Source of the DNA: a virus
IMG/VR virus record: IMGVR_UViG_3300044818_000015
Coordinates: 1-64,000 of that record
Length of the DNA stretch: 64,000 bases
Reading direction: 5' to 3' (one strand)
Shown: piece by piece, positions 1-9,239 of the stretch
How positions within the stretch are numbered: position 1 is the first letter of the stretch
Layout of the letters: each line of letters starts with the position of its first letter
Program-made: the position numbers and the translations under genes
Notes under the pieces: generated by a model
What the model was told of the DNA's origin: nothing
What the model saw: the letters and a program-made list of their open reading frames with translations, nothing else
Databases searched by the model: none

Positions 1-167
1 TCAAGGTTCAGCATTTCTTTTGTCTCCATGGCGGTCACCGCGTCGAGTTTCTGCTCAATGCGGGCTAGTGCGGCTGTGTGGTTAAGGATCTGGCTGGATA
101 CCAGGGCCTCCAAAGCGGGCGAGAGATCGATCGTGACGGAGCCACTTACGTGGATAGAGAGATTCAT
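1..167 (-). CDS. hypothetical protein, runs off left edge
   Basis: Hand translation MNLSIHVSGSVTIDLSPALEAL...; ATG overlaps the recombinase stop (ATGA coupling). Confidence 0.6.
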   Translation of the reverse strand, partial: MNLSIHVSGSVTIDLSPALEALVSSQILNHTAALARIEQKLDAVTAMETKEMLNL

Positions 168-820
168 GCCGTTCTTCCTGCCTTCAATACCCGGCGTAGC
201 GTCGTAAGGGGAACTTTGAGCTGTCTGCCAATCGCGCGCATGCTCATGCCGCCGGCTTTCAGCTCCGCGGCGAGCTCTCGACGGAAAATCCTGGTTTGCC
301 CGCCGAGCGGCAGGTTTCTCTTGGACTTCGACTCGCGCTGCTTCCCTGCTCCCACTTTGCCCGCGGCGTAGAGCTTCTGGTAGTTGTCCACACCTTCCTG
401 CACGCGCTCGTGGATCATATCGAGCTCGAACTCGGCGAACACGGCCAGCAGGTGCATGAGCATCTTCGAAAGCGGGTTGCGCTTGTCCGTGTCGATTCCC
501 TGCGAGCAGGCGATAAAGCGGATGCCGAGGCTATCGAGGGTTACCGTGTTCTGGCAGAACTCGCCGGTGGAGCGCCCGAAGCGATCGATTTTCCAGACCA
601 GCACGACGTCGAACTTACGCAGGGCGGCGTCGGCCATGAGCCGTTTCAGCGCGGGGCGGTTGCTCCCGGCCTTGGCCGATTCCTTCTCCAGATACTCAGC
701 GACGTTCCATCCGCTGCGTTTGGCGAACTCCTGTAGTTCGCGCACCTGGTAGGCGTAATCCTGCTTGACGGTCGAGACGCGGCCGTAGATCCCAGCGGTA
801 AGGGGCTTGGCGTCGAGCAT
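164..820 (-). CDS. small serine recombinase (resolvase/invertase family)
   Basis: YGRVST catalytic Ser motif, NRPAL, DVVLVWKIDRFGRS, AEFELDMIHERV, C-terminal HTH. Confidence 0.95.
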   Translation of the reverse strand: MLDAKPLTAGIYGRVSTVKQDYAYQVRELQEFAKRSGWNVAEYLEKESAKAGSNRPALKRLMADAALRKFDVVLVWKIDRFGRSTGEFCQNTVTLDSLGIRFIACSQGIDTDKRNPLSKMLMHLLAVFAEFELDMIHERVQEGVDNYQKLYAAGKVGAGKQRESKSKRNLPLGGQTRIFRRELAAELKAGGMSMRAIGRQLKVPLTTLRRVLKAGRTA

Positions 821-863
821 GGGTAGGTGCGCGGTTAGTGTGCGGCGGTCTGCGGCGGGAGGC

Positions 864-1379
864 TTACGCGACCTTCAGCCACCATCCCTTACCCATGAAG
901 AAATCGATCTTCTCGAAGACGGAGCCCGCCGGGTAGTCCGCCCCGGGCGGCATGGCCGGCGTCTTGAAGGGGGACTTGCAGGTGTCGTCGCCGAGGGCGG
1001 ACCAGTAGTTGCCGCTTAAGTGGACGCCGATCGAAATGTGGTCCTTGCCCGTAGCCGCGTCCAGTTGTTCCTGGCTCTTGCTGTGATCGGCAGGAACGGG
1101 CGGCATGGCGCAAACAGGAGTCGTCCCTGGGGCGGGCCAGGCGAAGCCATCGGGACTGGTGACCACGGCATAGCCGCCAGGAGGCGTGGGCGGGTTGGTG
1201 TTGTCGTGCTTGCCGGCGAGGACTTCGGTTGTCCACGAGCCGAATCTCGACAGGTACAGGTTCTTCAGCTCGTCGTTGAGGTGGGACACCATAAAGGTGG
1301 AGCTGGCCAGGGTGTTGGCTTTGGCCGCTTCGAGAGTGGTCTGCCATAGCTGCGAAGAGAGGTCGAGAGTAGGGGACAT
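864..1379 (-). CDS. hypothetical protein
   Basis: 171-aa ORF with AGGAG RBS upstream. Confidence 0.75.
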   Translation of the reverse strand: MSPTLDLSSQLWQTTLEAAKANTLASSTFMVSHLNDELKNLYLSRFGSWTTEVLAGKHDNTNPPTPPGGYAVVTSPDGFAWPAPGTTPVCAMPPVPADHSKSQEQLDAATGKDHISIGVHLSGNYWSALGDDTCKSPFKTPAMPPGADYPAGSVFEKIDFFMGKGWWLKVA

Positions 1380-1405
1380 GGGACTCCTAAGAAATTGGGA
1401 ATTTC

Positions 1406-1672
1406 CTATCGAACTAGGAAAGTGCGTTTCGCCAGAGTGCGATTGATCAGCACAACCAGGGCGCTCTTCCGGTCATGCCCGAGCTTGAGCAAGGCATCGC
1501 GTACGCCGATCAGGCAACATTCCGCATCCTGCGCAAAGGTCGGTACGGAGCAGCGGAACCGTTGCCGTTTGGTGCGCGGCCGCGGTATGCGGCACACGAT
1601 CGCGGTGGGCTTCAAGGTACGCGGAAGTGTGGGGCTCGCGCGGCGCCGCGGGCCTGGCGCGAGGGCTTTCAT
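1406..1672 (-). CDS. hypothetical protein
   Basis: Fills the gap in the co-directional operon. Confidence 0.45.
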   Translation of the reverse strand: MKALAPGPRRRASPTLPRTLKPTAIVCRIPRPRTKRQRFRCSVPTFAQDAECCLIGVRDALLKLGHDRKSALVVLINRTLAKRTFLVR

Positions 1673-1687
1673 TGGGCGTCACAGGTT

Positions 1688-1828
1688 TTAGAAACGATAG
1701 CCGAGCAGGTAGGCGATCAGCACGACGATCAGCACGAGCCCGAGGCCTCCGCCGAGTCCGTTGTTGCCCCAGCGGTTGTAGCCGCCGCCACCAAAGACCA
1801 GCAGCAAGATGATAAGTAAGATGATCAT
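1688..1828 (-). CDS. DUF3309-like small Gly-rich membrane protein (46 aa)
   Basis: Hand translation MIILLIILLLVFGGGGYNRWGNNGLGGGLGLVLIVVLIAYLLGYRF; ATGA overlap with upstream stop; absent from the ORF track. Confidence 0.8.
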   Translation of the reverse strand: MIILLIILLLVFGGGGYNRWGNNGLGGGLGLVLIVVLIAYLLGYRF

Positions 1829-2349
1829 GGGGTAGCCTCCATTGGCTTGGGCGTTTCCGCCCGTTCGAGCAGATCGAGCGAATCGGCGTCGACTTCAGCC
1901 GAGATCGAGCGGTGCAGCATTTCGACCGACACGACGACGCGCACCAGATTCTTGGAATAGGCGACGTAACCCTCCAGGCCCGCGAGGGGGCCGCCGCGCA
2001 CTCGTACGCGGTCTCCCGCGAAGACGTAAGCGCATGGTTGGGCGAGGGAAGGGAAGGACGTAATCAGTTTCACGGCTGCAATTTCTTCGTCCGGTATCGG
2101 GATCGCGTGGCGGCCGGCTCCGAGGATCGAGACCACCTGGCTGATGGCGACTACCGGAGTTTTCTCTTCGAGGTCGAAGCGGCTGAAGACGTACCCGGGC
2201 ATGAACCTCAGTTCGGTGTCCCGCTTGCCGTCCTTGGACTTGGTGTCCAGGTGCGGGTAGAAGCTCTCGATGCCGGCGCCGTCCAGTTTCATGGCGACCA
2301 GGCCTTCGAAGTTCGAATGAACGTGTAGGGCGTACCAGAGCATGGGCAT
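1825..2349 (-). CDS. NusG-paralogue transcription antiterminator (UpxY/RfaH-like; NGN + KOW)
   Basis: WYALHV..., FMPGYVF, IPDEEI, GDRVRVRGGPLAGLEG KOW motif. Confidence 0.92.
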   Translation of the reverse strand: MPMLWYALHVHSNFEGLVAMKLDGAGIESFYPHLDTKSKDGKRDTELRFMPGYVFSRFDLEEKTPVVAISQVVSILGAGRHAIPIPDEEIAAVKLITSFPSLAQPCAYVFAGDRVRVRGGPLAGLEGYVAYSKNLVRVVVSVEMLHRSISAEVDADSLDLLERAETPKPMEATP

Positions 2350-2430
2350 GCGTTCGGACAGCCTACGGCCCCTTCCTTTATAAAAAGGGTTAGGGAAAGG
2401 AACACCGGCACCGTGCCGGGCTGAGGACGT

Positions 2431-2910
2431 TTACGCCGCGGTGGGCGTCTGGAGCAGGCCTGCGGAGATGTCACGCGAGCCGGTGCGTTCGCTTTTGATG
2501 TAGCCGGACCGCTTTTCTTCGGGCACTACACTTTCGAGCAACTTGAAGGTAATCGTAAGGCGCTCAATCAATTCGTCAAGGCCGAGAATCCGCTTGAGCG
2601 CGGCGAAGGCTTTGGACTTATCGGTGATCTCGCGCTTCATTTCACGCGCGGATAAGTCTAAGAAATAGGTGGATCCGCCAGCGCCTTTTCCGGGCGTTCC
2701 CATAAGACGTACCGGCTTATCGGACGGCTTGCTGGCGCATTCTAACTGGAATTTCGCTTTGAGGTCGGCGAGTTCATCGCGTTCGGGTTTACCGGCGCGC
2801 TCCTTTTCAATCAGGAAAGCGCAACGGTCGATATCCTTGGGAGTGAGGGCAGGAGACGCGGGTTGTAACGCCGTGACGGTTCCCATGAGGTGCTCCTCTA
2901 TGGTGTGCAC
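2431..2910 (-). CDS. hypothetical protein
   Basis: 159-aa ORF; probable start at the internal ATG after AGGAG. Confidence 0.7.
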   Translation of the reverse strand: MHTIEEHLMGTVTALQPASPALTPKDIDRCAFLIEKERAGKPERDELADLKAKFQLECASKPSDKPVRLMGTPGKGAGGSTYFLDLSAREMKREITDKSKAFAALKRILGLDELIERLTITFKLLESVVPEEKRSGYIKSERTGSRDISAGLLQTPTAA

Positions 2911-2929
2911 CGCGGACCCTCCGCGAGCC

Positions 2930-2981
2930 TATGTTTGATGCCCGTTTCTGCGTTTCGCGCGGTTTTCGGGTATCAAACATA
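2930..2981. promoter_or_regulatory. 15-bp inverted repeat in divergent intergenic region
   Basis: TATGTTTGATGCCCG (2930-2944) / CGGGTATCAAACATA (2967-2981), 14/15 match. Confidence 0.6.
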
Positions 2982-3038
2982 TTACGGAGAGGGGCTATTT
3001 ATTGGGGTTCGGCGTAAAATTGAGGGCAAGGTACGTTC

Positions 3039-3446
3039 GTGGGAAGCATCGCCACCCAACCATTCGCACGAAAAGAGAGAGAAGTCCTGGAGCTGTTGAA
3101 GGCTCGCGTGACGATCAAGAACATCGGCGCGCTACTCGAACTCAGCACCAATACCGTCCGCCAGCGCCTGCGCGTCAGTTGCGAGCTGGCACAGGTCGTC
3201 GATGAGGTCGAGATGCATCTCTTCCTGATCCAGAATCCCGACATTCTCACCAGGGGCGCCACTTGCTTGCCCGGGCTGCACATTCCCATCATGGGAACCC
3301 CCATCGAAGGCGAGGCCGTGCCAGTCAAGCCGTGCGGCTGCGGTAACCCCGAATGTCTGGGGCCCGTGGCCATGCACGTCAAGACGACGAGCCGCGAGGC
3401 GGCTTCGGCCGCCGGCGAACCCCTGCCGCCGGAAGTCTTCAGGTAA
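3039..3446 (+). CDS. LuxR-like HTH DNA-binding protein
   Basis: EREVLELL...TIKNIGALLELSTNTVRQRL HTH pattern; Cys-rich C-terminus. Confidence 0.65.
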   Translation: MGSIATQPFARKEREVLELLKARVTIKNIGALLELSTNTVRQRLRVSCELAQVVDEVEMHLFLIQNPDILTRGATCLPGLHIPIMGTPIEGEAVPVKPCGCGNPECLGPVAMHVKTTSREAASAAGEPLPPEVFR

Positions 3447-3641
3447 AGAGATGCGCCTCGACTGTAAAACCTGCCTGCTTCTCTGGGCGGAGTACGGCGC
3501 GGCGTTGGGCTCCGTTCGCCGGAAGATCCGCGGAAGCGCGGATAAGCTGAAAAAGGCCGAGGCGGCGATCGCCGGCCACGATCTGCAACACCACATCCCG
3601 AGGACCGCCGCGGCTTCGGCCCTGGCGTAAAGCATCGACCA

Positions 3642-4007
3642 ATGGAACGAATGGAACCGCCGCGCATCTTCGTCCAGGACCTGAAGCGGCAGCAGGCTCC
3701 CAACGTAAAGCCGCTACTCGGATCCAAAGTGAAACGTGTCTGGGGAACGCCGGGCGGTACGATGCTGGCCGTGCTCTTAGAGGGCGGCAAAATCCTCATG
3801 GTCGAAACCAACGAGTCCCTGCTCAACGTAACAGTCGGCGACGAAATCCCCGGTATGGACTGGTCGGCGGTCCCCGCTTATCCGGATCCACACGCCCGAT
3901 CGCTGGTCGGCCGCCGGTTCACCGGCTTTGCGGCCAACGCGGTGACATTCGGCAAGGTCCGCGCACAGTTCAACCGCGACAGTATACGCTGGGTTAGGGA
4001 GCCCTGA
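3642..4007 (+). CDS. hypothetical protein
   Basis: 121-aa ORF ending 2 nt before the vWA gene. Confidence 0.7.
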   Translation: MERMEPPRIFVQDLKRQQAPNVKPLLGSKVKRVWGTPGGTMLAVLLEGGKILMVETNESLLNVTVGDEIPGMDWSAVPAYPDPHARSLVGRRFTGFAANAVTFGKVRAQFNRDSIRWVREP

Positions 4008-4009
4008 GC

Positions 4010-4597
4010 ATGTCTGACGTCGCCGCCCCGCTGCAATCGATCATCAAGCGGCTCGCCGGCACGGACATTGTGGGCCCGGCCGCCAAAAGGGCGCAGCGCT
4101 TTACCGATGCGTCCGACGAGCTCGTCGTGCTGGCCGACTGTTCGGGATCTATGCTCGACTTCATCGGCAGCCAGGGCATTTCGAAGTTCGAGCATTTGCA
4201 GATCGCGCTCGAGGACGTGATGCTGGCCTGGCCGCGCATCAAGATCCTGGCCTTCGCATCGACGTTCCGGGAGATCGCCAACGCCAAAGACCTTCCACGC
4301 GCGGGTCTCGGCGGCGGCACCAATCTGGCGGGCGCGATTGAGTACGCCGCGAAGTGGAGGCCGCGCAAGACCATCATCATTTCGGACGGCCTGCCCGATA
4401 GCGAGGCGGAAGCGATCGCCGCGGCCCAAAAGATCACCGGCGCCGTCGACACCATCTATTGCGGACCGGACGCCCATCCCGCGGTAGCGTTCCTGCGCAA
4501 ACTCTCCCGCGAAGCCGCCGGCATCCACTTCACCTGGGAAGGCGGGCGCACCAGCATTGCGCAGACTATCCGCGGTCTGTTGCCGTCGCCGGAGTAA
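4010..4597 (+). CDS. von Willebrand factor A (vWA) domain protein
   Basis: MIDAS DCSGSM, GGGTNL, IIISDGLP. Confidence 0.9.
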   Translation: MSDVAAPLQSIIKRLAGTDIVGPAAKRAQRFTDASDELVVLADCSGSMLDFIGSQGISKFEHLQIALEDVMLAWPRIKILAFASTFREIANAKDLPRAGLGGGTNLAGAIEYAAKWRPRKTIIISDGLPDSEAEAIAAAQKITGAVDTIYCGPDAHPAVAFLRKLSREAAGIHFTWEGGRTSIAQTIRGLLPSPE

Positions 4598-4604
4598 CTC
4601 GGGA

Positions 4605-4808
4605 ATGAATTTCTATAGGGTCACCTATCCCGGCCGTTACCTCGGCGCGACCGCAATAGTTGCGGCCGATTCTGAAGAGGAAGCCATCGAACTGGTGAAT
4701 TCCGATCCACGTACTCATGACGGCCACGATGGGAAAGTAGCGATGAAGGTATTCCATATTCCTGTTCCAGGCGCGTGCGTGCTGTACAACGACAACGGAG
4801 ACTATTGA
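4605..4808 (+). CDS. hypothetical protein
   Basis: MNFYRVTY...IVAADSEEEAIELV, a common small phage protein pattern. Confidence 0.65.
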   Translation: MNFYRVTYPGRYLGATAIVAADSEEEAIELVNSDPRTHDGHDGKVAMKVFHIPVPGACVLYNDNGDY

Positions 4809-4810
4809 GT

Positions 4811-5368
4811 ATGGACCTGGGCCTCGGAGAACTCACCGACGATCAGCTACTCGAGCTGGTGAACCAGGCTTGTGCCGAGCTGGTGGTGCGGGATCCCTTT
4901 ATTCGCCAGATGGCGCAGTCCACCATCACCACCTGGTCGGAGCAGCTTATCCTCAAGCGGGCCATGATCAAGGAAGCGGTGACCGCGCTCGCCGGGGCGT
5001 ACATCGAGCAGATCAGGAAGGAGACTTTCGCGGAGGTGAAGGCGGCCGTCTCTGCCGGCGAAGCGCGCCTCTTGAGTCCCACACAGGAAGCGCGCGTCGT
5101 CGTCGAGAGCACCATCGAAGCGAAAATCCAGATGATCGATGAACTGGTCGCGCTGACAGAGAAGGGGAAGCGGCCGCCGGTACCGGCGACCGATACGGAG
5201 GATTGGCTGACGGCCAGGGCCAATAACACCATCGATCCTCGCCCGCCGGTCGATCCTTATGATGTGCATTCTGCCGCGTACATCCAACGGCTGCGGGAGG
5301 ACATGGCGAGGGTGTTGGCCGCGGGCTGCACCCCAAAACCGCGGTTCTGGACCCCACCGGGCTTCTGA
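4811..5368 (+). CDS. hypothetical helical protein
   Basis: ORF tightly packed in the operon. Confidence 0.7.
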   Translation: MDLGLGELTDDQLLELVNQACAELVVRDPFIRQMAQSTITTWSEQLILKRAMIKEAVTALAGAYIEQIRKETFAEVKAAVSAGEARLLSPTQEARVVVESTIEAKIQMIDELVALTEKGKRPPVPATDTEDWLTARANNTIDPRPPVDPYDVHSAAYIQRLREDMARVLAAGCTPKPRFWTPPGF

Positions 5369-5370
5369 AC

Positions 5371-5916
5371 GTGCCCAACGCATTCCTCACCCCGCAGATG
5401 ATCGCCCGCGGCTTCCTGGTCGCGCTGCGTAGCTCGCTGTACGGCGAGAAAATGCACGTCGGAGCAATCGAACACGACTATCGCTTGGGCCACACGGTGA
5501 GGATCGCTACATCGAGGGGCGGCCTTTTCGTCGAAGACCTGACGCCGGAAGGCCTCATGCGGCAGACGTGCCACCATGTTCACCTGGAGCATCAGATCTA
5601 CGTCGACATCGAATATCCGGACGAGGCTTTGACCGTCAGCGCGGACGCCTTCTATCGGCAAGTTCTGGAGCCCGCGGCGCAGATTCTCGCGAACGGCATC
5701 GGCGATTTATGGCCTGAAGGGGCAACGCTCGTTTGCGCGAGCCTGAACGATCTCGCCGGGGCGTCGTCCTGGGTGGTGGTGCGCTATTGCTTGAGGCGCG
5801 GGCTGAACTGGTCTCCCAGTTGGAACGACTCAAGGCCGCCTGAGCTTGTGCCACGCGCATCGATGGACGCCTCCGTTTCAGGCGCTGAGGTTGGGCCGTA
5901 CCGGAACGTGGATTAA
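5371..5916 (+). CDS. truncated P22-gp5-type major capsid protein paralogue
   Basis: MPNAFLTPQMIAR...LGHTVRI...LEHQIYVDIEY..LTVSADAFYRQVLEPAAQILAN resembles the N-terminal third of P22-coat-family proteins (recalled pattern). Confidence 0.6.
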   Translation: MPNAFLTPQMIARGFLVALRSSLYGEKMHVGAIEHDYRLGHTVRIATSRGGLFVEDLTPEGLMRQTCHHVHLEHQIYVDIEYPDEALTVSADAFYRQVLEPAAQILANGIGDLWPEGATLVCASLNDLAGASSWVVVRYCLRRGLNWSPSWNDSRPPELVPRASMDASVSGAEVGPYRNVD

Positions 5917-6002
5917 CGATTTAAATACCATTCCGGCATGGATAGTGGTAGGTTCGCGTGAAGGTATTACAGTTTATAAGACCAAGAGGAGAACCTGCAC
6001 TC

Positions 6003-6575
6003 ATGCCTAGCGAAGCCGCCACACTGAAAAGGATGCTCAATGTTGCCCCCGGCAACGCGGAGTACATCACCTGCCAGGAGGCCACGGAGTTTCTAACGAT
6101 AGGGGAGGGAAAGTCGAAACGGCCGATCAGCGCACGCCGCGTCTTGGAGTTTGCGATGGCGGGAGCGCTGCGTTCCGCGAGGCGCAAGGACGCGAAGCGG
6201 GGCAACCAGATGACCACGGTGGTTTTGCGGTCGGACGTGTTGCGCCTACAGCACGAGCGCGAGAATCCGCCGCTCGAGCCGGCAATCCCTCTACCTCAGA
6301 AGGCGCCACGAGCGCTAGACGAAGCCCCACCCTCCGCGCCGCCGAAACAGCGCCTCCTCGAAGCGCCGGCCGCGCCGCAATCGGTATGGCTCACGCTCGA
6401 TGAGGCCGCGAAAAGGCCAGAGGGATTACCTGCATCCGTGCTGGAGCGGCTGATCAAGAGCGGCAAATTGCCGGCCATGAACGTGGGTATTGAAACGGTC
6501 CGCTACCGCATTCATGTGGAGGATCTGGCGAAGTTGCGGGGCGGGAACTGCGCGGACAAGGCGCCCGCAGAGTGA
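6003..6575 (+). CDS. excisionase-like (HTH_17/MerR-type) DNA-binding protein with two HTHs
   Basis: YITCQEATEFL and WLTLDEAAK...LIKSGKLPA...YRI. Confidence 0.7.
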   Translation: MPSEAATLKRMLNVAPGNAEYITCQEATEFLTIGEGKSKRPISARRVLEFAMAGALRSARRKDAKRGNQMTTVVLRSDVLRLQHERENPPLEPAIPLPQKAPRALDEAPPSAPPKQRLLEAPAAPQSVWLTLDEAAKRPEGLPASVLERLIKSGKLPAMNVGIETVRYRIHVEDLAKLRGGNCADKAPAE

Positions 6576-7062
6576 TCGAATGGGGCGAAGAGAAGGCGTA
6601 CCGGCTTGACCCGCGTCCCTGCCGGGGCATAACCTAATTGCCATCGTGCGGTTTTTGAAAAAAGTGAGAGGGGGAGGGCGGCCAATCCTGAGCAAGGAGC
6701 CGCCCCCTTGGTATTTACTCGATTGAACTCCTCAAAACTATCACGGCCTGTGTGGAACTTCAAGCGGGGGACTGTTACAGCAGGCCCCCGCGTCCATCCT
6801 TTGATGCAGACAGTTTTCCAACCACGAAAAAAAGTCAGCGGTGAATCGCCCGGGAAAGGAAGAGGAGCCCAGACGTGAATCAGCCTATCGAATCCCGGGC
6901 CTCCTGTCTACAGGTGGAATGCCTAGTTCCCCTTTCCTCTCCGCTGTGTAATCATCAAACGGCATCGTGGGCGCTGGCCGGGAGTTCTTCTCAGGACTCA
7001 CACCATCCGGCCAGCTCCACAGCAAGCCCTTATGGTGAGGGCCGTACGTGAAAAAAGCCAAC

Positions 7063-8010
7063 TCACAAATCGAGCAGCCCGCAAGCGTTGGACTTCCACA
7101 CGTCCTGCCGCCTGAAGTACTTTCGCAGGGAACTCATGCAGCGGTGGCCGGTTTGGGAGGCGATGAGCAACTCGGAAATTCCGGCCAGTCCTGCCTCCGT
7201 GACAAAGCCACTCCGCATCGAATGGCTTCCGAATCTCAGCTTGGGGTCCAGGCCGATGCGCTTCACCGCCGCCTGCACAATCCCGCAGATCCGCTCCGGC
7301 TGCAGCGCCGACATCCCGCCTTGCCGGGAAGGGAAGAGCGGCCCGGGAGCGGTACCCCTGAGCGCGATCCAGGCCTTCAGCGCGGTCACCGGGCAGGTGT
7401 CGGCGTGCTTGCCGCTCGGAATCCCGATCATTCGTCCACGGCCCACCTGGTCCTGCTTCTCGCCGCGAATGTAGAGCGTCATGCCATGAGCGGAGAACTC
7501 GACTTCGGCCAGCAGCAACTTCACGATCGAGGCCGAGCGCAGCGCCGAACCGAAGCCCACCAGGAATATCGCGCGATTGCGAACAGCTACGCGCGTGCCG
7601 TCCTTGGCGAGCAGCAGACAGATGGCCCGCAGCGCGATGAGACTGAGCGGATTGACCTGGCGCGGGGATTCCTGGCGCAGGCGCCGCGACCCGTGCAGCA
7701 GCTCGCGCACTTCGCAGGTTACCGGCGAGGCCAGGCCGGCCTGGCGATGATTTTGCCCGATGGCCGATACGTGGCGCGCCGCCGTGGCGGTTTTTCTGCC
7801 GCGGCTCAACTGGTCGACCACATAGAGTCCGACCGTATCGGCGCTCGCCGGCAGCGAGCTTTTCCCCATCCGCTCGCACCAACGCCCGAAGGCAGCCGCG
7901 TCATACCGGTATCCGTAGCGCGTGGTGGGAGCGAGAAGCGCCTCGGTGAGTTTTCGTTGCTCGACCAAAAGGGCAGCCAAAGACGAAGGTATAGAATCGG
8001 TTTCAGCCAT
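7063..8010 (-). CDS. tyrosine recombinase, Cre-like
   Basis: RNRAIFLVGFGSALRS, KQDQVGRG, CPV, SHSMRSG, QTGH...KY catalytic residues R-K-H-R-H-Y. Confidence 0.95.
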   Translation of the reverse strand: MAETDSIPSSLAALLVEQRKLTEALLAPTTRYGYRYDAAAFGRWCERMGKSSLPASADTVGLYVVDQLSRGRKTATAARHVSAIGQNHRQAGLASPVTCEVRELLHGSRRLRQESPRQVNPLSLIALRAICLLLAKDGTRVAVRNRAIFLVGFGSALRSASIVKLLLAEVEFSAHGMTLYIRGEKQDQVGRGRMIGIPSGKHADTCPVTALKAWIALRGTAPGPLFPSRQGGMSALQPERICGIVQAAVKRIGLDPKLRFGSHSMRSGFVTEAGLAGISELLIASQTGHRCMSSLRKYFRRQDVWKSNACGLLDL

Positions 8011-8054
8011 TGCAGCTCCTTACAGCTTCAGTGGTCAAGGGCTGTCAGGGTGCT

Positions 8055-8110
8055 TGTAACATCCAGGCGGCCCAAGTGCTGTTACAGCCTAGCACTCGCT
8101 ACCTGTAACA
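8055..8110. promoter_or_regulatory. TGTAACA/TGTTACAG repeat and palindrome cluster upstream of the recombinase
   Basis: TGTAACA 8055-8061; TGTTACAG 8080-8087 / CTGTAACA 8103-8110; further TGTAAC near 8219 and 8260; TGTTACAG at 6773. Confidence 0.5.
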
Positions 8111-8442
8111 TGAGATTTTCGGTTGTGGAAAAGTACTACCGGGAGTACGGGAAAAATCGGAATTGTAGCTTACTTCCCGATGTGTCCCGCGAGCGCGGAC
8201 CGCCCCTGCGCCGCAGGTTGTAACTCATTAAGCCGGTTCATTCTTGGCAGAGAGACCGGTGTAACAAGCGATGACCCAACGCAGGTTAAGGCCTACCTCT
8301 TCAGTATAGAAGCCTTCCTGGGTTCAATCAATAACAACTAACCCCGTTTTAGAGAGGCAAGCGCATGTCTGTTCCACGCGCATCGGGAGCGCTTGGCGTT
8401 TCAGGGGATGAGATTGGGCCGGGCCGGAAGGGTTCGGAGGTA

Positions 8443-8793
8443 ATGGGCGAGGCGAAGTGGACGCCAGGCCCGTGGCGCGCCTGGGACCGGGGAATCGGCT
8501 GGGAGGTACACGCGGGGCCGGAAGATGACCGCCAGCCTGTCAACGATGGCCACCGCGGCACCTTTGACGAGGCCGACGCCCGCCTGATCGCCGCCGCGCC
8601 CGACTTATACGCCGCGCTAGCGGAAATCCAAGACGTCATCGCAGGCGCGGGGCTTGTCGAAGAATTCCCCGTCTGGATCATAGATTTGATGAATGCCGCC
8701 CTCGCGAAAGCCAACCCCGCTGGCCCACCTTCCACTCCATCAGCAGAGACGCCATCGGTGCACGAATCCCAAATTCAGGAGGCGCAGTCATGA
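8443..8793 (+). CDS. conserved phage protein (TPGPW...ARLIAAAP family)
   Basis: KWTPGPW and DARLIAAAPDLY motifs; GGAGG RBS. Confidence 0.85.
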   Translation: MGEAKWTPGPWRAWDRGIGWEVHAGPEDDRQPVNDGHRGTFDEADARLIAAAPDLYAALAEIQDVIAGAGLVEEFPVWIIDLMNAALAKANPAGPPSTPSAETPSVHESQIQEAQS

Positions 8794-9239
8794 TCTTCCC
8801 ACCTGAGACACTCACCCGTGACGAGATGGAAGCTCGCCGTTTGCTGGCGGCCGTGGACTTTCGGGCGGGCAGGCGTCAGGCGTGGGTGGCCAAGAAGTAC
8901 GGTGTGACGCGGACCACGGCGAGCCGCTGGGCCCGCTCGCTGCGCGCGGGAGGGAAGGATGCCTTGCGCAAGACGAAGGCTCCTGGCCGTCCGTTCCGGA
9001 TCTCACCGGGCGAGTCTGCCATCATCGCGGCCATGTTCCGCTCCGGCCCGCCCAAGGAGAAAGGGCTGCGGCGCGATCGCTGGACGTCTGCCGCCTTCGC
9101 CGAGGCCATCTTCGCCAGAATCGGCGTGCGCTACCACTCCGATCACGTTAGCCGGATGATGAAGCGATTCCGCGACTCCGACGACGAGCCCCGGTTTGAC
9201 GATCCCGCACAGCCTGGTCATATCGAGGCAAGGGCATGA
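8790..9239 (+). CDS. IS630-type HTH/winged-HTH protein lacking a DDE domain
   Basis: VAKKYGVTRTTASRW...GRP...WTSAAFAEAIFARIGVRYHSDHVSRMM; translationally coupled on both sides. Confidence 0.8.
   Translation: MIFPPETLTRDEMEARRLLAAVDFRAGRRQAWVAKKYGVTRTTASRWARSLRAGGKDALRKTKAPGRPFRISPGESAIIAAMFRSGPPKEKGLRRDRWTSAAFAEAIFARIGVRYHSDHVSRMMKRFRDSDDEPRFDDPAQPGHIEARA

Noticed and set aside
1688-1828. Holin call for the small membrane protein
   Set aside because: Fits the DUF3309 pattern and no endolysin is adjacent in the window.
6576-7062. Named ncRNA or attP in the hairpin-rich gap
   Set aside because: Several hairpins are present but no recognisable family or tRNA-derived core sequence.
7048-8223. 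391-aa plus-strand ORF
   Set aside because: Shadow of the tyrosine recombinase, which has all catalytic motifs on the minus strand.
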